From Ranitomeya imitator (lineage: Eukaryota): a DNA stretch of 64,000 nucleotides. The stretch spans positions 90,396,001-90,460,000 of the forward strand of contig NC_091291.1 in the NCBI RefSeq assembly GCF_032444005.1. Reading direction: 5' to 3'. Below the pieces are notes generated by a model. The model searched no databases. It worked only from the letters and a program-made list of their open reading frames with translations, and was not told the origin of the DNA. Within the stretch, counting starts at the first letter, position 1, and each line of letters begins with the position of its first letter. Positions 1 through 12,800 of this stretch are shown here, one piece after another. The position numbers were made by a program, and so were the translations under genes.

Positions 1-805
1 TATTAATTAGGCTTAATGTCACCTTACAATAGCAAGGTGGCATTAACCCTTCATTACCCCATATCCCACCACTACACGGGAATGGGAAGAGAGTGGCCAA
101 GTGCCAGAATAGGCGCATCTTCCAGATGTGCCTTTTCTGGGGTGGCTGGGGGCAGATATTTTTAGCCAGGGGGGGGGGCCAATAACCATGGACCCTCTCC
201 AGGCTATTAATATCTGCCCTCAGTCACTGGCTTTACTACTCTGGCGGAGAAAATTGCGCGGGAGCCCACGCCAATTTTTTCCGCCATTTAACCCTTTATT
301 TTAAGAGATAGAACGGCCAAATTTTGCAGATACACACTACTGACATTAGTAGTGTGGAATCTGCAAAAAAAATGGAGAGAAGACATGGTTTACTGTATGT
401 AAACCATGTCTCAAATCATGTCGGGTTTTAAGGAGAAAGAAAAAGCCGGTAATTGAATTACCGGCTTTCAAGCTGTATAGCGCTGGAATAAATATTAATA
501 TATATACATATATGTGTCTAATGACATATATATATATATATATATATATATACAGTATATATATATATTTTTTTCTTTTTGGGACACATGGATCATTTCT
601 ATAGCGGTATGTTGGTTTTGCAAGCCTGCGAGAAAACCACGCAGTACGGATGCCATACGGATTACATACGGAGGATGCCATGCGCAAAAAACGCTGACAC
701 ACCCTGCCTACGGAGGAGCTACGGACCACTATTTTCGGGACATTTCAGCGTATTACGGCCGTAATATACGGACCGTATTTTCATACGCTGAGTGTGAAGC
801 CGGCC
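1..805. mobile_element. Non-autonomous DNA transposon (Harbinger-like MITE family), right end; left part outside window
   Basis: Ends in TIR AGTGTGAAGCCGGCC followed by TAA. Bases 1-500 are the reverse complement of about 48290-48760, whose element starts TTA-GGCCGGGGTCACACT. Contains a (TA)n tract at about 528-568. Superfamily inferred from TWA flanks. Confidence 0.65.
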
Positions 806-1239
806 TAACCGTGACAGACGGAAGGACAGACGGAAGTGACCCTTAGACAATTATATAGTAGATTATCTTCAATAATAGCGCGGTCATCTGCTGAGCTTCT
901 CCTACATCCATTATTAGGGTGCGTCACCATAGCTGTCATCAGGGTTACCTAGTTAGGCCCCCAATCCACCCTCCTCCCCCCCCAGCTACACCTCTGGCCA
1001 GAACTGAAGCTTTCCGATCACCACCTAAAAATACATAATAAATTGTTCTGCAAATTATACTCAGAGCCTCTGCATCGCTGTTTTTTTCTATTTATGACAA
1101 GACATATATAACTGATATATTTTTTTAAAAACAAAAAATAAAAATAAATAAAAGCGGAATCTGAGTGATCACATGATAGTGATGATCTATTATCAGACTC
1201 CATAGAGGTGCAGACACAGCTGAGGAATACAAGGCACAG

Positions 1240-4200
1240 GGAACACAGGGGGCTCCGGGAATACTGGGGGCTCTGGGAATACTGGGGGCTCCGGGAATAC
1301 AGGGGCATCGGGAATACTGGGGGCTCCGGGAATAAAGGGGCATCGGGAATACTGGGGGCGCCGGGAATATTGGGGGCGCCGGGAATACAGGGGCATCGGG
1401 AATACTGGGGGCTCCGGGAATAAAGGGGCATCGGGAATACAGGGGGCTCCGGGAATACTGGGGGCATCGGGAATACAGGGGGCATCGGGAATACTGGGGG
1501 CATCGGGAATACAGGGAGCTCCGGGAATACTGGGGGCTCCGGGAATACTGGGGGCATCGGGAATACTGGGGGCATCGGGAATACTGGGAGCTCCGGGAAT
1601 ACTGGGGGCTCCGGGAATACTGGGGGCTCCGGGAATACAGGGGCATCGGGAATACAGGGGCATCGGGAATACTGGGGGCGCCGGGAATACAGGGAGCTCT
1701 GGGAATACAGGGAGCTCTGGGAATACTGGGGGCTCTGGGAATACTGGGGGCGCCGGGAATACAGGGAGCTCTGGGAATACAGGGAGCTCTGGGAATACTG
1801 GGGGCTCTGGGAATACTGGGGGCTCCGGGAATACTGGGGGCTCCGGGAATACTGGGGGCTCCGGGAATACAGGGAGCTCCGGGAATACTGGGGGCTCTGG
1901 GAATACTGGGGGCTCCGGGAATACAGGGGGCTCCGGGAATACAGGGGCATGGGAATACTGGGGGCTCCGGGAATACAGGGAGCTCCGGGAATACAGGGGC
2001 ATCGGGAATACTGGGGGCATCGGGAATACAGGGAGCTCCGGGAATACTGGGGGCTCCGGGAATACTGGGGGCGCCGGGAATACAGGGGCATCGGGAATAC
2101 AGGGGCATCGGGAATACTGGGGGCATCGGGAATACAGGGAGCTCCGGGAATACTGGGGGCGCCGGGAATACAGGGAGCTCCGGGAATACTGGGGGCGCCG
2201 GGAATACTGGGGGTTCAGGGAATACTGGGGGCTCCGGGAATACTGGGGGCTCCGGGAATACTGGGGGCTCCGGGAATACTGGGGGCTCCGGGAATACAGG
2301 GAGCTCCGGGAATACTGGGGGCGCCGAGAATACTGGGGGCTCCGGGAATACTGGGGGCTCCGGGAATACTGGGGGCTCCAGGAATATAGGGAGCTCCGGG
2401 AATACTGGGGGCTCCGGGAATACTGGGGGCTCCGGGAATACAGGGGGCTCCGGGAATACTGAGTGCTCCGGGAATACTGGGAGTTCCGGGAATACTGGGG
2501 GCTCCGGGAATACAGGGGGCTCCGGGAATACTGGGGGCTCCGGGAATACAGGGGGCTCCGGGAATACTGAGTGCTCCGGGAATACTGGGAGCTCCGGGAA
2601 TACTGGGGGCTCCGGGAATACAGGGGGCTCCGGGAATACAGGGGGCTCCGGGAATACAGGGGCATCGGGAATACTGGGGGCTCCGGGAATACAGGGGGCT
2701 CCGGGAATACAGGGGGCTCTGGGAATACAGGGGGATCCGGGAATACAGGGGCATCGGGAATACTGGGAGCTCCGGGAATACAGGGGGCTCCGGGAATACA
2801 GGGAGCTCCGGGAATACTGGGGGCTCCGGGAATACTGGGAGGTCCGGGAAAACTGGGAGCTCCGGGAATACAGGGGCATCGGGAATTCTGGGGGCTCCGG
2901 GAACACAGGGGGCTCCGGGATTACTGAGAGCTCCGGGAATACAGGGGGCGCCGGGAATACAGGGGGCGCTGGGAATACTGGGGGCTCCGAGAATACTGGG
3001 GGCTCCGGGAACACTGGGGGCGCCGGGAATACTGGGGGCTCCGGGAACACAGGGGGCTCCGGGAATACTGAGAGCTCCGGGAATACTGGGGGCTCCGGGA
3101 ATACTGGGGGCTCCGGGAATACTGAGAGCTCCGGGAATACTGGGGGCTCCGGGAATACAGGGGGCTCCGGGAATACTGGGGGCTCCGGGAATACTGGGGG
3201 CTCCGGGAATACAGGGGGCTCCGGGAATACAGGGGGCTCCGTGAATACTGGGAGCTCCGGGACTACAGGGGGCTCCGGGAATACAGGGGGCTCCGGGAAT
3301 ACAGGGAGCTCCGGTAATACAGGGGGCTCCGGGAATACTGGGGGCTCCGGGAATACTGGGGGCTCCGGGAATACTGGGGGCTCCATGAATACTGGGAGCT
3401 CCGGGAATACAGGGGGCTCCGGGAGTACAGGGGGCTCCGGGAACACTGGGGGCGCCGGGAACACTGGGGGCGCCGGGAACACTGGGGGCTCCGGGAATAC
3501 TGGGGGCTCCGGGAACACTGGGGGCTCCGGGAATACTGGGGGCTCCGGGAATACTGAGAGCTCCGGGAATACTGGGGGCTCCGGGAATACAGGGGGCTCC
3601 GGGAATACTGAGAGCTCCGGGAATACTGGGGGCTCCGGGAATACTGGGGGCTCCGGGAATACTGGGGGCTCCGGGAATACTGGGAGCTCCGGGAATACTG
3701 GGGGCTCCGGGAGTACAGGGGGCTACGGGAATACTGGGGGCTACGGGAATACTGGGGGCTCCGGGAATACAGGGGGCTCCGGGAATACAGGGGGCTCCGG
3801 GAATACTGGGGGCTCCGGGAATACTGGGGGCTCCGGGAATACTGGGGGCTCCGGGAATACTGGGGGCTCCGTGAATACTGGGAGCTCCGGGAATACAGGG
3901 GGCTCCGGGAGTACAGGGGGCTCCGGGAATACAGGGGGCTCCGGGAATACTGGGGGCTCCGGGAATACTGGGGGCTCCGGGAATACAGGGGGCTCCGGGA
4001 ATACAGGGGGCTCCGGGAATACTGGGGGCTCCGGGAATACTGGGGGCTCCGGGAATACTGGGGGCTCCGGGAATACTGAGAGCTCCGGGAATACAGGGGG
4101 CTCCGGGAATACTGGGGGCTCCGGGAATACAGGGGGCTCCGTGAATACTGAGAGCTCTGGGAATACAGGGGGCTCCGGGAATACTGAGAGCTCCGGGAAT

Positions 4201-6247
4201 ACAGGGGGCTTCGGGAATACAGGGGGCTCCGGGAATACTGAGAGCTCCGGGAATACAGGGGGCTCCGGGAATACTGGGGGCTCCGGGAATACTGGGGGCT
4301 CCGGGAATACAGGGGGCTCCGGGAATACAGGGGGCTCCGGGAATACTGGGGGCTCCGGGAATACTGGGGGCTCCGGGAATACAGGGGGCTCCGGGAATAC
4401 AGGGGGCTCTGGGAATACTGGGGGCTCTGGGAATACAGGGGGCTCTGGGAATACTGGGGGCTCCGGGAATACTGGGGGCTCCGGGAATACTGGGGGCATC
4501 GGGAACACTGGGGGCTCTGGGAATACTGGGGGCTCCGGGAATACTGGGGGCATCGGGAACACTGGGGGCTCTGGGAATACTGGGGGCTCCGGGAATACTG
4601 GGGGCTCCGGGAATACTGGGGGCTCCGGGAATACAGGGGGCTCCGGGAATACTGGGAGCTCCGGGAATACAGGGGGCTCCGGGAATACTGAGATCTCCGG
4701 GAATACAGGGGGCTCCGGGAATACTGGGGGCTCCGGGAATACTGGGGGCTCCGGGAATACAGGGGGCTCCGGGAATACAGGGGGCTCCGGGAATACTGGG
4801 AGCTCCGGGAATACAGGGGGCTCCGGGAATACTGAGATCTCCGGGAATACTGGGGGCTCCGGGAACACTGGGGGGCTCCGGGAATACTGGGGGCTCCGGG
4901 AATACTGGGGGCTCCGGGAATACTGGGGGCTCCGGGAATACTGAGAGCTCCGGGAATACAGGGGGCTCCGGGAATACTGGGGGCTCCGGGAATATTGAGA
5001 GCTCCGGGAATACTGGGGGCTCCGGGAATACTGGGAACTCCGGGAATACTGGGGGCTCCGGGAATACTGGGGGCTCCGGGAATATTGAGAGCTCCGGGAA
5101 TACTGGGGGCTCCGGGAATACTGGGAACTCCGGGAATACTGAGAGCTCCGGGAATACTGGGGGCTCCGTGAATACAGGGGGCTCCGGGAATACTGAGAGC
5201 TCCGGGAATACTGAGGGCTCCGTGAATACAGGGGGCTCCGGGAACACAGGGGGCTCCGTGAATACAGGGGGCTCCGGGAATACAGGGGGCTCTGGGAATA
5301 CTGGGGGCTCCGGGAATACTGAGAGCTCCGTGAATACAGGGGGCTCCGGGAACACAGGGGGCTCCGTGAATACTGGGGGCTCCGGGAATACTGGGGGCTC
5401 TGGGAATACTGGGGGCTCCGGGAATACTGGGGGCTCCGGGAACACAGGGGGCTCCGGGAATACTGGGGGCTCCGGGAATACAGGGGGCTCTGGGAATACT
5501 GGGGGCTCCGGGAATACTGGGGGCTCCGGGAACACAGGGGGCTCCGGGAATACTGGGGGCTCCGGGAATACAGGGGGCTCCGGGAATACTGAGAGCTCCG
5601 GGAATACTGAGGGCTCCGGGAATACAGGGGGCTCCGGGAATACAGGGGGCTCCGGGAATACAGGGGGCTCCGGGAATACTGAGGGCTCCGGGAACACAGG
5701 GGGCTCCGGGAACACAGGGGGCTCCGGGAATACAGGGGGCTCCGGGAATACAGGGGGCTCTGGGAATACTGGGGGCTCCGGGAATACTGGGGGCTCCGGG
5801 AACACAGGGGGCTCCGGGAATACTGGGGGCTCCGGGAATACTGGGGGCTCCGGGAATACAGGGGGCTCCGGGAACACAGGGAGCTCCGGGAATACTGGGG
5901 GCTCCGGGAATACTGGGGGCTCCGGGAATACAGGGGGCTCCGGGAATACTGGGGGCTCCGGGAATACAGGGGGCTCCGGGAATACAGGGGGCTCCGGGAA
6001 TACAGGGGGCTCCGGGAATACAGGGGGCTCCGGGAATACAGGGGGCTCCGGGAATACTGGGGGCTCCGGGAATACTGGGGGCTCCGGGAACACAGGGGGC
6101 TCCGTGAATACAGGGGGCTCCGGGAATACAGGGGGCTCTGGGAATACAGGGGGCTCCGGGAATACTGGGGGCTCCGGGAATACTGGGGGCTCCGGGAATA
6201 CAGGGGGCTCCGGGAATACTGGGGGCTCCGGGAATACAGGGGGCTCC
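1240..6247. repeat. 18-bp minisatellite (GGGGGCTCCGGGAATACT/A), about 278 units
   Basis: Direct reading; 6-aa periodicity (GSGNTG / PEPPVF) in the ORF track; 17-bp and GCATC variants are concentrated at the left end. Confidence 0.97.
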
Positions 6248-6339
6248 TCCTCGCCACCCTCCAGTATCAGAACAGCAGGCACTGAGTTCGCTCCGCTCTC
6301 AGCCCCAGTGCGACACCTCGCGTCCACTGTTCTGCTGCC

Positions 6340-6460
6340 GCAGTAGCTCCGCCCACTCTGCGGCTAGCCAATGACAACAAGATTGGAGAACAAACAAGTG
6401 CGGCAATTGGCCATCGAGGTGGGCGGAGTTTCAGATAGCGCTCCACAATTGGCTACTGCG
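6340..6460. promoter_or_regulatory. CENATAC promoter: GC boxes and CCAAT boxes
   Basis: CCGCCC 6349-6354, GGGCGG 6421-6426, CCAAT 6368-6372, ATTGG 6382-6386, 6406-6410 and 6448-6452; CpG-rich; about 100-220 bp upstream of the ATG; no TATA box seen. Confidence 0.7.
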
Positions 6461-6565
6461 AGGTCACTTGACATTGTGTGTGGGCGTGACTGCACCGGAT
6501 TTGTTGACGTTTGAACATTTGTAGTCTGAGTCACTCCGCTTTTGCGGCCTGGAATACTTGGGACG

Positions 6566-6685
6566 ATGCCGGTGTACGAGTGCGCGGTGTGTCGCCGGAC
6601 TGTATTCTGTGGTCGCAGGAAACATGTCTATGAGAAAGGTCACCGGCAGCGGCTGACGTGTGTGCTCCGTGCCTTCAGCGATAAG
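6566..6685 (+). CDS. CENATAC: CENATAC/CCDC84 exon 1 (MPVYECAVCRRTVFCGRRKHVYEKGHRQRLTCVLRAFSDK), zinc finger 1
   Basis: 40 codons matching the human CCDC84 N-terminus ([24 protein letters not shown]); donor AAG|GTGACG, phase 0. Confidence 0.93.
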
Positions 6686-6869
6686 GTGACGTATATAGAG
6701 GAAATGGCGGCTCGGCTGATACATGTATGTGCCATTGTATGTGTCACAGCCTACAGTACTGGAAGCACCAGTGCAAGGGGAAGCCAGGTACAATGCAGCC
6801 AATCAGGATACAGCTTTCAGTCTCCCCAAGTGCTGTAGAAAATAAGAGCTGTGGTGTGATTGGCTGTTT

Positions 6870-9800
6870 GTGACTGTGCTGCCCCAGGATGGCTGCCCTG
6901 CGGCACAGTATCCCGTACAGCGCTGTGTCACACTGTCCGTATACTGCGCCGTGTGCTGACACTTCTCCTGTTTGTGTCTGTCCCGGCTGTGAGCGGTCTC
7001 TGTGACTGTGCTGCCCCAGGATGGCTGCCCTGCGGCACAGTATCCGATACAGCGCTGTGTCACACCGTCCGTATACTGCGCCGTGTGCTGACACTTCTCC
7101 TGTTTGTGTCTGTCCCGGCTGTGAGCGGTCTCTGTGACTGTGCTGCCCCAGGATGGCTGCCCTGCGGCACAGTATCCCATACAGCGCTGTGTCACACCGT
7201 CCGTATACTGCGCCGTGTGCTGACACTTCTCCTGTTTGTGTCTGTCCCGGCTGTGAGCGGTCTCTGTGACTGTGCTGCCCTAGGATGGCTGCCCTGCGGC
7301 ACAGTATCCCATACAGGGCTGTGTCACACTGTCCGTATACTGCGCCGTGTGCTGACACTTCTCCTGTTTGTGTCTGTCCCGGCTGTGAGCGGTCTCTGTG
7401 ACTGTGCTGCCCTAGGATGGCTGCCCTGCGGCACAGTATCCCATACAGCGCTGTGTCACACTGTCCGTATACTGCGCCGTGTGCTGACACTTCTCCTGTT
7501 TGTGTCTGTCCTGGTTGTGAGCGGTCTCTGTGACTGTGCTGCCCCAGGATGGCTGCCCTGCGGCACAGTATCCGATACAGCGCTGTGTCACACTGTCCGT
7601 ATACTGCGCCGTGTGCTGACACTTCTCCTGTTTGTGTCTGTCCCGGCTGTGAGCGGTCTCTGTGACTGTGCTGCCCCAGGATGGCTGCCCTGCGGCACAG
7701 TATCCCGTACAGCGCTGTGTCACACCGTCCGTATACTGCGCCGTGTGCTGACACTTCTCCTGTTTGTGTCTGTCCCGGCTGTGAGCGGTCTCTGTGACTG
7801 TGCTGCCCCAGGATGGCTGCCCTGCGGCACAGTATCCCATACAGCGCTGTGTCACACTGTCCGTATACTGCGCCGTGTGCTGACACTTCTCCTGTTTGTG
7901 TCTGTCCCGGCTGTGAGCGGTCTCTGTGACTGTGCTGCCCCAGGATGGCTGCCCTGCGGCACAGTATCCGATACAGGGCTGTGTCACACTGTCCGTATAC
8001 TGCGCCGTGTGCTGACACTTCTCCTGTTTGTGTCTGTCCTGGTTGTGAGCGGTCTCTGTGACTGTGCTGCCCCAGGATGGCTGCCCTGTGGCACAGTATC
8101 CCATACAGGGCTGTGTCACACTGTCCGTATACTGCGCCGTGTGCTGACACTTCTCCTGTTTGTGTCTGTCCCGGCTGTGAGCGGTCTCTGTGACTGTGCT
8201 GCCCCAGGATGGCTGCCCTGCGGCACAGTATCCCATACAGCGCTGTGTCACACTGTCCGTATACTGCGCCGTGTGCTGACACTTCTCCTGTTTGTGTCTG
8301 TCCCAGCTGTGAGCGGTCTCTGTGACTGTGCTGCCCCAGTATGGCTGCCCTGCGGCACATTATCCCATACAGCGCTGTGTCACACCGTCCGTATACTGCG
8401 CCGTGTGCTGACACTTCTCCTGTTTGTGTCTGTCCCGGCTGTGAGCGGTCTCTGTGACTGTGCTGCCCCAGGATGGCTGCCCTGCGGCACAGTATCCGAT
8501 ACAGCGCTGTGTCACACCGTCCGTATACTGCGCCGTGTGCTGACACTTCTCCTGTTTGTGTCTGTCCCGGCTGTGAGCGGTCTCTGTGACTGTGCTGCCC
8601 CAGGATGGCTGCCCTGCGGCACAGTATCCCGTACAGCGCTGTGTCACACCGTCCGTATACTGCGCCGTGTGCTGACACTTCTCCTGTTTGTGTCTGTCCC
8701 GGCTGTGAGCGGTCTCTGTGACTGTGCTGCCCTAGGATGGCTGCCCTGCGGCACAGTATCCCATGCAGGGCTGTGTCACACTGTCCGTATACTGCGCCGT
8801 GTGCTGACACTTCTCCTGTTTGTGTCTGTCCCGGCTGTGAGCGGTCTCTGTGACTGTGCTGCCCTAGGATGGCTGCCCTGCGGCACAGTATCCCATACAG
8901 CGCTGTGTCACACTGTCCGTATACTGCGCCGTGTGCTGACACTTCTCCTGTTTGTGTCTGTCCCGGCTGTGAGCGGTCTCTGTGACTGTGCTGCCCTAGG
9001 ATGGCTGCCCTGCGGCACAGTATCCCATACAGCGCTGTGTCACACTGTCCGTATACTGCGCCGTGTGCTGACACTTCTCCTGTTTGTGTCTGTCCTGGTT
9101 GTGAGCGGTCTCTGTGACTGTGCTGCCCCAGGATGGCTGCCCTGCGGCACAGTATCCGATACAGCGCTGTGTCACACTGTCCGTATACTGCGCCGTGTGC
9201 TGACACTTCTCCTGTTTGTGTCTGTCCCGGCTGTGAGCGGTCTCTGTGACTGTGCTGCCCCAGGATGGCTGCCCTGCGGCACAGTATCCCGTACAGCGCT
9301 GTGTCACACCGTCCGTATACTGCGCCGTGTGCTGACACTTCTCCTGTTTGTGTCTGTCCCGGCTGTGAGCGGTCTCTGTGACTGTGCTGCCCCAGGATGG
9401 CTGCCCTGCGGCACAGTATCCCATACAGCGCTGTGTCACACTGTCCGTATACTGCGCCGTGTGCTGACACTTCTCCTGTTTGTGTCTGTCCCGGCTGTGA
9501 GCGGTCTCTGTGACTGTGCTGCCCCAGGATGGCTGCCCTGCGGCACAGTATCCGATACAGGGCTGTGTCACACTGTCCGTATACTGCGCCGTGTGCTGAC
9601 ACTTCTCCTGTTTGTGTCTGTCCTGGTTGTGAGCGGTCTCTGTGACTGTGCTGCCCCAGGATGGCTGCCCTGTGGCACAGTATCCCATACAGGGCTGTGT
9701 CACACTGTCCGTATACTGCGCCGTGTGCTGACACTTCTCCTGTTTGTGTCTGTCCCGGCTGTGAGCGGTCTCTGTGACTGTGCTGCCCCAGGATGGCTGC

Positions 9801-12800
9801 CCTGCGGCACAGTATCCCATACAGCGCTGTGTCACACTGTCCGTATACTGCGCCGTGTGCTGACACTTCTCCTGTTTGTGTCTGTCCCAGCTGTGAGCGG
9901 TCTCTGTGACTGTGCTGCCCCAGTATGGCTGCCCTGCGGCACATTATCCCATACAGCGCTGTGTCACACCGTCCGTATACTGCGCCGTGTGCTGACACTT
10001 CTCCTGTTTGTGTCTGTCCCGGCTGTGATTGGTTGTTTGTGACTGTGCTGCCCCAGGATGGCTGCCCTGCTGCACAGTATCCCATACAGCGCTGTGTCAC
10101 ACCGTCCGTATACTGCGCCGTGTGCTGACACTTCTCCTGTTTGTGTCTGTCCTGGCTGTGAGCGGTCTCTGTGACTGTGCTGCCCCAGTATGGCTGCCCT
10201 GCGGCACATTATCCCATACAGCGCTGTGTCACACCGTCCGTATACTGCGCCGTGTGCTGACACTTCTCCTGTTTGTGTCTGTCCCGGCTGTGAGTGGTCT
10301 CTGTGACTGTGCTGCCCCAGGATGGCTGCCCTGCGGCACAGTATCCCATACAGCGCTGTGTCACACTGTCCGTATACTGCGCCGTGTGCTGACACTCGCC
10401 TGTTTGTGTCTGTCCCGGCTGTGAGCGGTCTCTGTGACTGTGCTGCCCCAGGATGGCTGCCCTGCGGCACAGTATCCCATACAGCGCTGTGTCACACCGT
10501 CCGTATACTGCGCCGTGTGCTGACACTTCTCCTGTTTGTGTCTGTCCCGGCTGTGAGCGGTCTCTGTGACTGTGCTGCCCCAGGATGGCTGCCCTGCTGC
10601 ACAGTATCCCATACAGCGCTGTGTCACACTGTCTGTATACTGCGCCGTGTGCTGACACTTCTCCTGTTTGTGTCTGTCCCGGCTGTGAGCGGTCTCTGTG
10701 ACTGTGCTGCCCCAGGATGGCTGCCCTGCGGCACATTATCCCATACAGGGTTGTGTCACACTGTCCGTATACTGCGCCGTGTGCTGACACTTCTCCTGTT
10801 TGTGTCTGTCCTGGCTGTGAGCGGTCTCTGTGACTGTGCTGCCCCAGGATGGCTGCCCTGCGGCACATTATCCCGTACAGGGCTGTGTCACACTGTCCGT
10901 ATACTGCGCCGTGTGCTGACACTCAACTGTTTGTGTCTGTCCCGGCTGTGAGTGGTCTCTGTGACTGTGCTGCCCCAGGATGGCTGCCCTGCGGCACAGT
11001 ATCCCGTACAGCGCTGTGTCACACTGTCCGTATACTGCGCCGTGTGCTGACACTTCTCCTGTTTGTGTCTGTCCCGGCTGTGAGCGGTCTCTGTGACTGT
11101 GCTGCCCCAGGATGGCTGCCCTGCGGCACAGTATCCCGTACAGCGCTGTGTCACACTGTCCGTATACTGCGCCGTGTGCTGACACTTCTCCTGTTTGTGT
11201 CTGTCCCGGCTGTGAGTGGTCTCTGTGACTGTGCTGCCCCAGGATGGCTGCCCTGCGGCACAGTATCCCATACAGCGCTGTGTCACACTGTCCGTATACT
11301 GCGCCGTGTGCTGACACTCTCCTGTTTGTGTCTGTCCCAGCTGTGAGTGGTCTCTGTGACTGTGCTGCCCCAGGATGGCTGCCCTGCGGCACAGTATCCC
11401 ATACAGCGCTGTGTCACACTGTCCGTATACTGCACCGTGTGCTGACACTTCTCCTGTTTGTGTCTGTCCCGGCTGTGAGTGGTCTCTGTGACTGTGCTGC
11501 CCCAGGATGGCTGCCCTGCGACACAGTATCCCATACAGCGCTGTGTCACACTGTCCGTATACTGCGCCGTGTGCTGACACTTCTCCTGTTTGTGTCTGTC
11601 CTGGTTGTGAGCGGTCTCTGTGACTGTGCTACCCCAGGATGGCTGCCCTGCTGCACAGTATCCCGTACAGGGCTGTGTCACACTGTCCGTATACTGCGCC
11701 GTGTGCTGACACTCTCCTGTTTGTGTCTGTCCCGGCTGTGAGTGGTCTCTGTGACAGTGCTGCCCCAGGATGGCTGCCCTGCGGCACATTATCCCATACA
11801 GGGCTGTGTCACACCGTCCGTATACTGCGCCGTGTGCTGACACTCTCCTGTTTGTGTCTGTCCCGGCTGTGAGTGGTCTCTGTGACTGTGCTGCCCTGCG
11901 GCACAGTATCCCATACAGCGCTGTGTCACACTGTCCGTATACTGCGCCGTGTGCTGACACTTCTCCTGTTTGTGTCTGTCCCGGCTGTGAGCGGTCTCTG
12001 TGACTGTGCTGCCCCAGGATGGCTGCCCTGCGGCACAGTATCCCATACAGGGCTGTGTCACACTGTCCGTATACTGCGCCGTGTGCTGACACTCTCCTGT
12101 TTGTGTCTGTCCTGGTTGTGAGCGGTCTCTGTGACTGTGCTGCCCCAGGATGGCTGCCCTGCGACACAGTATCCCATACAGCGCTGTGTCACACTGTCCG
12201 TATACTGCGCCGTGTGCTGACACTTCTCCTGTTTGTGTCTGTCCCGGCTGTGAGCGGTCTCTGTGACTGTGCTGCCCCAGGATGGCTGCCCTGCGGCACA
12301 GTATCCCGTACAGCGCTGTGTCACACCGTCCGTATACTGCGCCGTGTGCTGACACTTCTCCTGTTTGTGTCTGTCCCGGCTGTGAGCGGTCTCTGTGACT
12401 GTGCTGCCCCAGGATGGCTGCCCTGCGGCACAGTATCCCGTACAGCGCTGTGTCACACCGTCCGTATACTGCGCCGTGTGCTGACACTTCTCCTGTTTGT
12501 GTCTGTCCCGGCTGTGAGCGGTCTCTGTGACTGTGCTGCCCCAGGATGGCTGCCCTGCGGCACAGTATCCCGTACAGCGCTGTGTCACACCGTCCGTATA
12601 CTGCGCCGTGTGCTGACACTTCTCCTGTTTGTGTCTGTCCTGGCTGTGAGCGGTCTCTGTGACTGTGCTGCCCCAGGATGGCTGCCCTGCGGCACAGTAT
12701 CCCGTACAGGGCTGTGTCACACTGTCCGTATACTGCGCCGTGTGCTGACACTTCTCCTGTTTGTGTCTGTCCCGGCTGTGAGCGGTCTCTGTGACTGTGC

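Noticed and set aside
1018-6346. Long Pro/Gly-rich, collagen- or extensin-like ORFs (up to 1370 aa)
   Set aside because: They are translations of the 18-bp array, open on both strands and in several frames, with frameshifts at 17-bp variants and no unique domain.
6686-6838. Extension of the exon 1 ORF (VTYIEEMAARL...)
   Set aside because: This is read-through into intron 1, ending at a stop at 6838; homology stops at the donor after codon 40.
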